From Camelus dromedarius (lineage: Eukaryota), in contig NC_087437.1 of NCBI RefSeq assembly GCF_036321535.1, positions 15,068,001 through 15,132,000 on the forward strand: 64,000 nt of DNA, read 5' to 3'. The position numbers and the translations under genes were made by a program. Position 1 is the first letter of the stretch, and each line of letters begins with the position of its first letter. Shown here piece after piece: positions 12,690 through 25,208 of this stretch. The notes under the pieces were generated by a model, which did not search any database, was not told where the DNA came from, and was given only the letters and a program-made list of their open reading frames with translations.

Positions 12690-13150
12690 GCTCTGAGCAT
12701 CCTAGGCGGTCTTGCAGAGTATGCTAAGAATGCAGGATCTGACTGCTCGCTTCTGGGTCACTTCTCAGGGTCGTGGTTGCAAGGAGCAACCTCGAGGCCT
12801 GAGGACAAAATCTTCCCCTAGACCAGGCGCAAGCTTGCTCTGTACTAGCAGTGGCTCTCCCAGGCTCGGTGCTCCTCAGCTGTGACCTAACCCACTGCAG
12901 GTGAAACATACACCTGGGCCCCTCCATGTCACCCAGCAGGACTTGGCGGGGCACAGATAAATGATGCAATAGGGGGTTCACGCTGTTTGCTGTGCTGTGA
13001 GCAACAAAGTCCTTTGCCTTTGACCCAGGAGTCTCCTGGCTTCTGCCAGCATCCTTGTGAAGCAGTAACAGAAACAGGAGCTTGGTAGTTTGCAAGTTAA
13101 CTTGTAAACAGGGTAAAATCCCAGACCCTCCTCATCTTCTAGCCTTCTGG
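12690..13150 (+). mobile_element. ERVL-class LTR (MER54-like)
   Basis: tgctaagaatgcagg...gtgagcaacaaagtcctttgcctttgacccaggagtctcc...agggtaaaatcccagaccct. Confidence 0.55.
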
Positions 13151-13179
13151 GAAATAGGTCATTGCTACTTAGCTAGCTA

Positions 13180-13410
13180 GTAATAATAATAATGTTAATA
13201 GTGACAATCAATATGCAGAGTACCTTGTCTTTACAAACCATTTTACCATATAAACCCTCACACCCATCTTTTGAGGTCAGTATCATTAACCCACTTTCAT
13301 AAATGAGAAAACTGAGACCCGGCGAGGCTGGCAACACCCAAGCACATTCCGCCAGCGTAGGGGAGAGATGGGTCTTTGACCCTGGCCCTGGGCTTCCAAA
13401 TCCTGTGGTT
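13180..13410 (-). mobile_element. MIR SINE
   Basis: cccactttcataaatgagaaaactgagacc is the antisense MIR core. Confidence 0.7.
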
Positions 13411-14033
13411 CTCCCTCTCTGCGTGCGTGCGAGGCAGGAGAGGACAGGAGGGAGGCGAGCAGGGGGTGAGTATGCGAACTTGGTTGAAATGTTATTTCCT
13501 CCTTCACAGAGTGTGAGGTGAAGGGAGGGTCATTCGCTGTCCAAACCTCAGGGACACCTCTGCCCTCCCCCACCTCCTGCCTGGTCAGCCCCGCCCTTCT
13601 GACCTGGCTCCTAGCACACTGGACTTTCCTCATTTGCATCCTTTCCCATAGTCATCATTCTGCCCCTAGAACCTTCCTCATTTTCCTTCCTTGATTTTGT
13701 GCATCCAACTGAAATTCTCCTCCCTCCTCTCAGTTCTTTTAGGACTTAAAGATAAGTGAATCTATAGGCGAGTCCACAGTGTGGAGCCAGGTAGCCTGGC
13801 GTGGTCCCTCCACGTGCAGGACAGAAGTGCACGGACGCCGTGAGACGAGTGAGGCTGCAGTGAGGGATGTCACACGGGCCCCTGGCACTGCTGCACCAGC
13901 ATTATCTCCCTGTATCACCCCAAGACCATCACACATCCGTGTCCGGAGGACTCTGAGGGCCAGGAGAGCCGAGATGGGGGCAGCTGGGTACATACAAAGT
14001 GAGGGAAGCACGGGGAAGAAGAGGCACACTCAC

Positions 14034-14197
14034 CGCAGAACCATCATGTAGAGGGGGTTGTGAGAAATGCAGGCTATGAGGGCCACGAAAGAGATGAGGA
14101 AGACGGTCGGCAGCAGGAAGTGGGCACAGGGGATGGGGCACGGGCCGGTCTTTGCTGAAGCCGATCCCCCGCTCACGCAGCTGCAGTTCAAGTAGGT
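14034..14197 (-). CDS. SLCO2A1: SLCO2A1 exon 11 (164 nt)
   Basis: Encodes [54 protein letters not shown](R). Acceptor is a pyrimidine tract plus aag; donor CG|gtgagt. Confidence 0.95.
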
Positions 14198-15369
14198 CTT
14201 GGAGGGAGAGGGAGGGAAACGGGAAACCTGCTGTTACTGTTATGCCTCCCCACACTTCAAATGCCTTCTCGCCCCTCTGCCCTGGTGATGCTGGATGCAG
14301 AGGCTGAAGAGACCAGGTGAGAGTTTCAGGTGCCCCCTGGAGCCCGCGTCTGACCACTGTTTGGGCAACAGAAATCATCTTCACCAAAAGCAGTTGACCA
14401 GGGTGGGCTGGGCTCCTCCCACAGTTCCACCCACAAGGATACACAGGATTCCACCACCAGGCGAGGCCCACCCAGCTAGGGACCAGGAGCTGGGAGGGCT
14501 CTCCTCTGGGCCAGGCCATCCTGTGCCCAGCAGTTGTGGTTTTGTGGGTTGTTGTTTTTGTTGTTTGTGTGTTTACTGCAGGGATGGTTAGGAAGATAAA
14601 AACAAGAGGAGACAGCAGTGGAAACACAGTGGAATCCACTGAGCTTCCTGCCTGAGAGGAATTCCTCCTATCTGTAAAGGATTCTGTTTCTAGTCTGCAA
14701 GTCTCACTTCCCTTGGCAGCCACTGCCAGTGTCAGGTGGCCTCAACTTCCCTCTCACAGTGTCTGATGGACCAGCCTACGACTATTCAAGTGTCAAAGCA
14801 GTTATAGAGCCAAGATTGGAGCTAATGAGCTGGTATGCTTCCTTCTATCAGACATTGGAACTACATACCCTCTTTACTTTGGCTGCTGGGAAGCTCAGAA
14901 TTAAGTTATCTACACTGTTGCTGCTACTTCCCTCAGTCTGGATTTTTTTAAACATCAATATTTTTCCTTATAATTTGCTATTCTTTTTTCTTGATATGAT
15001 GCTAATGGGTTTTGGTCCTGATGTGCTTGTGCTGTTATTGGAAACTTGTCAAGATTATTTCTGGAAGTAGATGAGTCAGAGGTAAGTAAATAAAGATAAG
15101 AAAGCCACAAAAGCCACCACAGACTCCTCCGGCAAGGAGGCAGCCGAGGGAGCATCCTGTCCCAATTCTCTGGCCTCCTGCTGCCGAGAACCATGCTCCT
15201 CTGCCCACACAGGTGGCTGTGGATGCAGCCTTGCCCTGTCCTCTCAGAGGAGGATAGTAATCCCTGCCTGTGGATGGGCTAGCCTTGCCCCTGCCCTCCA
15301 CACAGGCTTAAAGGAATAAGACTCAGTCCTCTCCTTGGGGCATCCTCAGGGAGGACAGACTTCCCAGTG

Positions 15370-15800
15370 CTCACAGGAAAAGGACACCCAAGTCCTAAGC
15401 CTGGCCTGCCGGGCTCTGGCCCCTGCCTGTTCCCTGGTCAGAGCACTCTGCCACTGCCCCTCACTCCGCACCAGCCCTGGCCTTCTCTCTCTTCTACACA
15501 AGCTCATTCACACCCTGGGGCCTTGTGCTTGCCCTTCCTGCACCTGGAACACTTTACTCCCAGGTCTTCATAACATTGTCTTCTCTTGGTTGTTCAGTTC
15601 TTAAAGTCACCTCCTCAGGAAGGCCCCCAGGCACTCTCTGTCCGATTAAGTCTCTTCATGGGATGGGTTACTTTCTAAATTTCCCTTGTGCATTTATTTG
15701 GTAGAATGCAAACTTGTGAGGGCAGGGACCTGGTCTGGTGGGTTCCTTGCTGAATCCTCAGCACCGTGGCTGTCTGGTGTTCACTAAGTATTTGTTGAAC
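15370..15800 (+). mobile_element. L2 3' region
   Basis: cacctggaacact...gtcacctcctcaggaaggcc...gtgagggcagggacc...aagtatttgttgaa. Confidence 0.75.
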
Positions 15801-16454
15801 AACTTGAATTGGCTTGCAGCTGGCTGATCCCAGAAGGCCGGGAGCTGCAGTGCTCAGAAGGCTGGCCAGGACCTTGCCAAGTGAGCACAGTGAATGTGGG
15901 TTGTGTGATCAGAAGACTGGTGGCTGGGAGATACCTGATCTTGAACAGATGTGCCCCAGGCTGAGGCAGGGCCCTGGGTTCTAGTCCCAGATTTGCCCCT
16001 GAACAGATGTAGACTTCAGGTCAGCTGCGGAGTGTCAGGAGGGGTGGAACCAAATGCCCTCCGTCACTACTGCCAGCTCTAACCATCCGGGGCCACACTG
16101 CAGAGGTCTTCTGCCCTTTATTTATCTGGGCCCACCCATGTGGCTCGGCAGCAAGGCCAGGGCGCAGGACTGCGACATGCCCACTAGCACCCGTCAGGGT
16201 GAGACTGGAAGGCCTCCGTGGAAGGAGTGCTCTGGCTCATTTCTGCTCTGAGCACTGTTGGGCCTCAGGAATGTGAATTTTTGGACATCAGCCAATCGTT
16301 AATTGACTTTGGGCTGTAGGAATCTGGTCATGACCTTAAAGGAGGGAGGTGCAGAGAAGATGGGTGTGTCCAGGATGCTGGGAATTAGTTGGGTGGAGCC
16401 CCGCCCATCCCCGGAGGAGCAGGCTGCGAGGACACACACTGCCCTGGCCCTTAC

Positions 16455-16620
16455 CGCCTGCTTGGTGGCTATCGAGCTGACATTGATGTAGCTGCAGCCG
16501 GCATGGCAAGGGGAGAGGTACTCAACCCCATTGTCTCCGCAGACCGGGTGGAAGATAGAGTCCGGGCACGAGCAGTGCCTGCGGCAGGCGGGAGGCTGTG
16601 GATGTATAGAACTTGGTGTC
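16455..16620 (-). CDS. SLCO2A1: SLCO2A1 exon 10 (166 nt), Kazal-like extracellular loop
   Basis: Encodes (R)[55 protein letters not shown]. Tandem acceptor tagcag; donor GCG|gtaag. Confidence 0.96.
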
Positions 16621-17234
16621 CTGCTAACAAAACAGGAAACGGGAATCAAACAAAGCAAGACCAAAGGAAAACCTCTCCTTTCCAGCCCAGTGTGAGTTCC
16701 CCGCCTGTTAGTGTGCCTGTGCGTCTCTGTTTGTCTTGGGCCAGCGCCACCCAGGGATCCGAATTATGCCTCTTGGAGCCAACGGGGAGTTTGACGCTGG
16801 CCTGTGCTCAGGGCCCCTCTCCATTTCTTCTACCAGGAGGAGCCTGAACCTATCAACTAGTTGTTGGAAAGTCTCGGTTGACAAACCCCTTACTGTAGAA
16901 GGGTCAAGACAGCCAACCAATCAGGACTCTGATGAGACAGATGGCAGGTGCTATGGGAGAGTCATGGGCGATATTTCCCTTCCCTTCTCTTTCATCTGGG
17001 CTTGGGCTGCGGCCCCTTGAGGCCATTCAGGGTCTAGATGGCTCCTGCCTCTGGGTCTACGTAGCCAGTGTCCAGGTCACTCCATCCCCCAAGCTTCAAC
17101 CAAGGGGTTTCACTGGCTGATCTCATCAGTCTCATTGTCCCCCATATCTGAAATTCAGGATCTTCTTTGGGGAAAGTTGGGATAGGAGGCCGATAAACCA
17201 CAGTTTGGAGCTTTGCTGAAATTATAATAAAATT

Positions 17235-17450
17235 ATACTAATGCCAGTTAACAGTAATGGAGCATCTCTTAATGCCAGGCACTGCGCCCGAGGGCTGTTC
17301 ATGCACCGTCATCACTGTAAGTCTACAATGAATGACACTCCTTTTGTGAATGAGAAAACTGAAGATCAGATAAGTTAAGAAACTCTCCCCAACTAATAAA
17401 GAACAGGGCCAGAACCAGAAGCCAGTCTGATGACAAAGCCCTGGGCTAAC
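17235..17450 (-). mobile_element. MIR SINE
   Basis: tgccaggcactgcg...gaatgagaaaactgaagatcagataagttaag. Confidence 0.7.
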
Positions 17451-18269
17451 CTCCCAGTGAAAGCTTTCTTGGTCTCTCAACTCACAGTCAAAACACCAAT
17501 ACTAACGGGGGGAGGGGGCGTTCTGGGGGACCCTCCCTTCCCTCAAACCCACCAGGGACAGGAGAGGTTCTTTCACAGTGAAAGACAGAGGAAACAACAA
17601 GGCTGAAAAGTAAGGCATCTCCAAGTGTTGCCACCTCATTAGGCAAAATCTAAAAGAAGAGGTGTTGAAAGGTGGCTCCCAGTGGAAAAAAAGTTAAGTG
17701 CTCCTTCTCAGCACCTCCCCTCCTGGGCCTCAAAGCCCTTCCTGAACACGAAGCCAGACCTAAAACTTAAAACCCTGCTGCCTTGTGCAAACCGACAGGT
17801 GTACTTTACCTGCCCTCTTCCTCACCTGTCCTAATTTTTCAAGTCTGCCATCACTTTCATTGTTCTTTCTCAGATCTTTTCAAATCCCCATCTCTCATCT
17901 TTCTTTGGCAGTTCAATGAGACCCTGTAATTCTAGCCAGTATAGAGCTGATGCTAAACATAGCTATTTCCTGGTTCCTGAGGCTCACAGCCCTACAGATT
18001 TATCCTGAGACCAAACCAGTTCGTTTCTGGTGCTTCTAAAAAAACAGAACCCTAACCCTGATTGCTGGTGGTCCACTAGGACTCCCTGGTTTCTTCTCAT
18101 AATTGAGCATACTATTCAAGACCTGATTTTCTCTTTCACCACATAAGAGATAAGGTCAAAAGAGGAAAAGAAGAGAGGAGAGTGGAAGAAGCAGAAAGGA
18201 AGATGTGTGGCAGCCACATCTGGGTTCTGGCCTCAGCAAAGAGCATCTCCTCACCATTGGCTCCCATTA

Positions 18270-18512
<243 letters not shown>

Positions 18513-18949
18513 CTACCCACAAAGCTGGACCACAGAGAAGGGGGCATGGTCTCCTGAAAGGACATTTGGTATGTTTTACTGCAGTAACTGCAAAAACCAG
18601 ATGTCATTAACTGAGCATCTACTATTTGCACGTTGACAGTTCTCTTGACATGGAGGCTTGCCCTACCTGTGCAAAGAATAAAGAAAGTGGGGCCCTTGCC
18701 AGAGGGATGTGGGCAGAATGTGCATTTATGAAGCACCTTTCATTACCTGTCCCCTCACTGCATCCTTACTATGACCACACGGGGTTAGCAAGACACTGGT
18801 GGTGCCTCCTGCCTGATGTGCTAGACAGAGGCCAAAGGCTAGAGGGGTGAGGTCACAGCCAGGAGCCACACAAGAGGTCAGAGGACCTTGACCACATCCA
18901 TATGGTCAAGCTCACCTGTGAACTGGGCCCCTTAATTCACTTGGGCACT

Positions 18950-19120
18950 TGGTGGGACCACATTAGTGCTTCTAAGCCTCAGCTGCAAAAAACACTGGTG
19001 CTGGATGCTGGCCCCCCCACAGAGATTCTGCTTTCACTGATCCAGGGTGGGGCCTGGGTGTCTGCATGTTTTAAAGCTCTCCAGGGGAGCCTAAAGTGCA
19101 GCTGGGGTTGGGAATCACTG
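18950..19120. mobile_element. MER5A-like hAT-Charlie DNA transposon
   Basis: agagattctgctttcactgatccagggtggggcctgggtgtctgcatgttttaaagctctccagg...gggaatcactg. Confidence 0.7.
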
Positions 19121-19509
19121 GGCCACATACCCCTCATCCAGGTGAATGTCTTCAAATCCTTGGAGAAGAAGGAAAAAAACCCAGAGGCATTTTTCTTAAC
19201 CCCCAATTCAATCCTCTCTTTCCTCTGTTGCCCCAGTGATGTCAGGCCCTTTGGGAAGCAGTCAGGCCTTCAGCCTCTCTGAGAAAGACAGCCCTCCTCC
19301 ACCCCAGCCTCCGCCCACTCCTGCCTGGAATGATAGGGACCCAAGAAATCTGCCAAGAACATTCTAGATTGCCAACCAGGAAAAATGTCCTTAAAATTCT
19401 TTCTCCTGGGCAAGAACCCTATGGCTCCTGTCTGCGTCCGGTCTGGTCACGCCTGTCTCTGGATGGGCGACAGGAGGGCCCAGAGCCGGCAGTGCCCGGG
19501 GGAGCTCAC

Positions 19510-19674
19510 CGATGAGGAGGTTGGCATAGGCTGCAGAGGCACCGTACTGCTTCTCCAGGAACTTGTTGAGGAAGGTGGAGAGGCCGGCAATGACGGAGGA
19601 GAATGTGCACTGGGCCAGGACCACCAGCATGAAGAGCGGGTTCACCAGGAGCCGCAGGAAGATGCGGGGAAAGC
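19510..19674 (-). CDS. SLCO2A1: SLCO2A1 exon 8 (165 nt)
   Basis: Encodes (R)[54 protein letters not shown](G). Acceptor cag; donor G|gtgag. Confidence 0.97.
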
Positions 19675-20169
19675 CTGCGGACAGACTGTCGTCAGGGCCG
19701 GGCCTCTGGGCAGCGGTCACCCTGGCCGCCCCCAGGCGGCTCCCCTCTCTCCTTCAGCGCAGAATCCAGCGGCCGGAGCAGTCCAGCGGCCAGTGGGGGG
19801 ACACGGCCACTCAGACTCGCACTCAGCCTGCTTATGGGCTAAATAAAATGAGGATGGGCCTGGAAGAAATCAGGCGGCGGGTGGATAGAAATAGAACAAA
19901 CACGGGAACATTCTCCTCATGTGATGGCCGCCTCCACAGGAAGGGAGGAGAGAGGAGAACGTGGGCCAGACCATGGGGCTGGGGCTGCCTCTGCCTGCGT
20001 GTGGGTCTCCTGCCCTCGGCAAAGCAGCAGTCACCAGAACCCCCTGAGGGAACGGCCAATTTTAGACCACCCGCTCTTCCTGTGCCTCGCCACACCCTAT
20101 ACCCCACGGGCTGGGCTACCCTTGACCGTCCCCCCACCCCCACCCCCAAGCCAGCCGTCACTCAGTTAC

Positions 20170-20248
20170 GTTTAATGAAATCCAGCAGGGAGCTTCTTGA
20201 CTTGGCCTTCTCCATCTTCCTTGCCTCATCCGTGATGGCAGGAGTCCT
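20170..20248 (-). CDS. SLCO2A1: SLCO2A1 exon 7 (79 nt)
   Basis: Encodes RTPAITDEARKMEKAKSRSSLLDFIK(R). Acceptor ttcag|AGG; donor AAC|gtaact. Phases fit exons 6 and 8. Confidence 0.93.
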
Positions 20249-20929
20249 CTGAAGGCAGCAAAGGGGCTGAGTGTGAATGGCCCAGGTTCCCCGCAGCCAC
20301 CCTTCCCTGGGCTCTTGATCTTGCTGGTCTTGGTGGCCCAGGGCTGGGCAGCGGTCAGCTACCCCAGGTGGTGGTGGGGGGCACTGAAAGCCATCACCAC
20401 CTGCATGTCGGTGAGCCTAGTGCTCTGGCTCCGACCAGAACGCATCCACGCCATTGCCTTCCAAGGCAGCCTTGGGCGTATCACTTTGTATCTGGTTGCT
20501 GACTGATGCCAAAGGTATCTGAGTGGACCTCACTCCTTGACTGTCTGTCATGGCCACTGACATGTCCTCAGACATGTTCTTCCCTGTCCTCAGATTCCAG
20601 GGGCTGCTGGCTTCTGAGACACTTGGGTCTAGAACGACCTCTGTTCCCAGATTTCTCTTTCAGTCTCCCCTGTGGAGTCCCTGCTCCAAAAGTTGAGTCC
20701 TGCTCACAGCTCTGACCTGGCTCTAAGCCTGGACTTTATGTGCAGAGCCCCTCAGTGAACTCACCAACCACTTCTGAACTCATCAGCTGCAGCCTGAAGC
20801 CCCAGCTCTGAACCACCATACCTGCGCTCAGACACCATTAAGAACCCCTGGGGAGACTCATCACAGGCCCAGGAGCTCCCGTTCATTTAGGGCTCACTCC
20901 ACAGTGGGCACCATGCCTGGTGTCCCACA

Positions 20930-21095
20930 CACATGGTCCCATTCCTCACAGCCTCCTCCAGAGACACGTGCTCTCCCTCGTATCTTAGAGGAGAGGAAAC
21001 TTAGGAGCAAGGAAACTTGCCTAAGGTCCCTTAACTAGTTTATAAGTAGCAGGGCTGGATTCAAACTCAGGTTTACCTGACTCCAAAACCACCAT
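20930..21095 (-). mobile_element. MIR SINE
   Basis: gaggaaacttagg...acttgcctaaggtc...gggctggattcaaactcagg. Confidence 0.7.
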
Positions 21096-21799
21096 AATAT
21101 GCTGCCAACCTCTGAAATTCTTCCCTAAGACAAGCCAAGAAGCCCCTCCCCCATCGCCCCTCACCCCCAAGCTGGGTCTGGATCGCACACACCTCACTGC
21201 CTAATGTCTAGCTCTGCCCCTGGCTCTAAACTTTGGTACAAACTTTAGCTCCTCTTCTCCAGTCCTGCTCACTGCTCAGTCCTTCTTGGCTCCGCCTCCA
21301 AGAACATCTACCCCTGCCTTTGTCTCAGTTGTCTGGGAGCCACTGCCCTGGTCCTCAGCTGCAGCCCCCATCTCTCCACTGGCGTCATCAGACCTCCAGC
21401 TTTCATTCCTTCCCGACTGCCTGACCTCAACTCGACCCAGCTGCCATATTGTCACCCAAGTGGTCACCATTCACTGCAGCGCCTCAGAACTTCACAGGAT
21501 CAGAACAAGGTTTAGAACCATCAGCCTAATGTCAAGACCCCCACCCAGACTTCTCCCTGTTTTCCATTCTCAGCCTTCCCTGATTTTTTTTCCCCAACAG
21601 AGATGACTGGAAGATGCATGGTAGGTCAGTCTGCCCAAAATACGTTCCACTCTCACACTCCTCAGCACTCGAGTCCTCTCCTGACTCAGTCTTTTAGAAT
21701 TAGACATGATGGGCCCCATTGAATGCAAATGTCAACTGCATGAGGTTACATATTCGGCTTTTATTGGCTCTTAACCCTTTATCCCACTTTAGATGAACT

Positions 21800-22040
21800 C
21801 AGTGGTTCCCAAACTACATTCCCTGGAGCCCTCCTGATCCCTGGGATGCTAACATGGTAAGGGAACACTGATGTGACACCATCTTTTGGAAATTCACAAG
21901 CACTCTCACATCTTAAAGCCTCTGAGAAGTCCTGCATCATGAAACTGCTTTACGTTTTACCGAGAATTTACTTAACTTGCTGTAGCTTCTCAGCTGTGTT
22001 TATTTTCTATACATATCTCCCTTTCTTAAACTCCTGTAAC
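21800..22040. mobile_element. hAT-Charlie element (MER103C-like)
   Basis: cagtggttcccaaact terminus and ttaaagcctctgagaagtcctgca. Confidence 0.5.
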
Positions 22041-22070
22041 AGGTAGAACTGTGGGTTCTCAGAAGCTTAC

Positions 22071-22207
22071 CTCCACTCCTCTGGGTATCGCTCGAGGAAA
22101 GAAAAAAAAGGGGCAAGAGGTGAGAACCAAGGAGGCTGAGGAAATGAGTAGGCCCAGCCACCAGGCTCCTATCCAACGAGGATCTCTAGGGCTCAAGTTG
22201 ACTGCAG
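22071..22207 (-). CDS. SLCO2A1: SLCO2A1 exon 6 (137 nt), containing the OATP signature
   Basis: Encodes (A)[45 protein letters not shown], including the OATP signature D-x-RW-(I/V)-GAWW-x-G-(F/L)-L. Acceptor cag; donor GAG|gtaag. Confidence 0.97.
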
Positions 22208-23469
22208 CTGAAGAGAAAGCAAAGGACACAGTGTTTGTTGGATGAATGCATGATTTCACGTTACTAGAAAGAGACCCTCTGATCAGGGGGACCTCTCTTC
22301 CCACCCTGGAGAAGAGGTGAGCCTTGAGCTAGCACCTTGGTCAAGACAACACTCCTCTCCAGGCCATTCTGGTCTTCCCAGAGAACAGAGGCCACTGGGA
22401 AGATCATTGAGGTTAACCTTGGCTTGTCCAAGGTTAAGGCTAGCAAGCGCCCTTCCATTGGTTAATTTCAAACCTATGTCTCCGCGGTGTCCAAACCTGC
22501 ACTCAATCACTGAGTGCTACTGCCTCCCAATTTTATTGCTCCCTAAGAAAGGAGGCTTCATAATCTTCAGATGCTCAAAAAAACCCAACCATCTACAGAG
22601 TGGGCTACCAGGCCTCCGAAAGAGATTGCTTTCTCCTGGCAAGTATCCATCCACATCTAAGGGTCTGCCATTGTGTTTCTCTTTGTAAAGAAACTACATG
22701 GGCATGGAAGGAGGGAGAAGGTAGCAGAACGGCCCTCAGCCCAGCCCTGTCCTGGGGTACTGTCCCCGGGGGCCCAGGGGCTCCGTTGCTACTCTCTGGG
22801 CAACTCAGAGCCAGGTAACAACTCAGGAAGTGCCAGCGAAGGGTGAAGATGGCTTGACCCTGAGCAGAGAGCTGCCCCGTCAGTCCATGCCCTTTCATTT
22901 GAACTACAGGTGGATGATGCTGAGTAGGTGAAATCATGGCCAGACAGTGCCAGGGACAGGAGTCTGTGGACTCTGGCAGCATGACTGGGTTTAAGGCCTG
23001 ACCACATTCTTTGTGAGATGGGCAGGCTCTGACCTGTGTGCTGGACACTGGAGGCTTCTTACTCCTGAGGGTCTGGCTGAGACCTTCCTTCCAGCCATAT
23101 CTTCCAGCTGCTGGGAACTTATGAACCCACACCCTCTGCTTGTGATCCCCCTCTTGGCTTTGTCCAGATGGTTTCCCCACCTGGGAAGGCCCCTCTCATC
23201 ACTACCTGCAGAATTCCCACCCATCCACGGGACTTGATGCAGCCGCGACCTCCCTGGGGGGCCCTCCCTGGTCACCCCACACAGGCATGCTCTTCCCGCC
23301 TTGGGGGAGGCTGGGGGTGTCAAACAACCGCTCAGCGGCTCTAAGCCCTTTCAGGATCCATCCTGGGGCGGCTGCCTGAACGGTTAACTCAGCACGTGTG
23401 CTCTTGTCTATGGATTCTATTTTCTCATCCTAAGATACACAATGGTTTAATCCATATCATTTTTTGAAG

Positions 23470-23680
23470 AGCTCACTCCTGTCAACCTCAATATCTATCA
23501 GGCATGTTCTAAACATTACAACAACTCTGTTTCACTAGCATCAGCTCCATTTTACAGATGAGGAAAACGAGGCACAGAAAGATGAAGATACTTGTCCAAG
23601 ATCACTCAGCCAGTAAGAGGTCGAACCAGGATTTAGACACAGGCTGTCCACCGCCAGTGTCTACATGGTTAAACATGATG
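23470..23680 (-). mobile_element. MIR SINE
   Basis: ccattttacagatgaggaaaacgaggcacaga...cttgtccaagatcac. Confidence 0.8.
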
Positions 23681-23927
23681 TTATGCCTTTCTGCATTTAA
23701 GTCATAGTCTGTGTGCTTCTTCTTTTCCCCAAAAGAGCCCTTATTAAAATTGTTTAAACAATCAAGATCACCTTAAAATCAAAGAACTGTAGAGCTGTCT
23801 TTAGTACCACCACCAAGCTGTGGTGGCAACACCTGAAGCCTCTAGGTCTCAAGGTTTGCCGGTATAACCTGGCAGCTCCCAAGGATCAGAAGGAGAGGCT
23901 GAATCAGAGGGTTTCAAAGTCCCTTTA

Positions 23928-24383
<456 letters not shown>

Positions 24384-24980
24384 TCACTCCAGCCAGAAGC
24401 CAGAGAGATCCGCTTGCCAGGAGGGCAACAGCCTCACCAGTATTTACAGGTGCCAGCCCGGGAGTGTGCCTGTGGACCAAGCTCCCTGCAGGTAGGATGT
24501 GGCAGCCCTGGCGGCAGCTCGTGAAACCACAGAGCCCGTGGGTGTGGTCTGTCTGGTCTGGGGTGTGGGTCCTGAGGGTGTGGCTTGTTCACAGGGAGGG
24601 ATATGAGCATCTGCTATCTGCTTCGCACGTGTTTCTTTGAGGCCAACTTGTCCCTAAGTGGACAGATCAGAAGACGTGTGTGCCCAGCCTGAGCCTGGAG
24701 GACTGTCAGCAGCAGTAGGTACTGTGCCCAGCCCAGGGCCCAGTGGTCACACATATCACCTCAGGCACTCCCACGCCCCCAGCACACAGAGACTGTGGGC
24801 CCCGTCCTGCTGGTGAGGAGCCAGGGGCTGGGCTCAGCCACTCAGCCCCGATCACACAGCTAGCAGGTCCCAGAGGCGACACTCAAACCAGGTCTGTGAG
24901 ATCCCCAAACCTCTGCACGCGGTGGCCGAGCCACATCAGGACCCATCCCCGCCCCACCGCCCTCTTCGAGCCCGACTCAC

Positions 24981-25208
24981 AGATGTACAGGGGCGAGTTG
25001 TTGGGCTCCGAGAAGTCGTCCACGTAGGAGATCCCAAACGGCTGGATGGGCACCGTGCCGATGCCGGCCAGCAGCTGGGCCACCACCATGAGACCCCACA
25101 TGCTGCTGGTCTCCTTCCGGGAGTCCTGCGTGCTGCTGTGGCACTTGCTGGGGGGCTGGTCCTGCCTGGGTTTCTGACAGAGCTCGGCCTGGAAGCGGCT
25201 GCTGTTCC
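24981..25208 (-). CDS. SLCO2A1: SLCO2A1 exon 4 (228 nt)
   Basis: Encodes (G)[12 protein letters not shown]...[40 protein letters not shown](S). Acceptor cag|GG; donor T|gtgagt. Confidence 0.97.
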
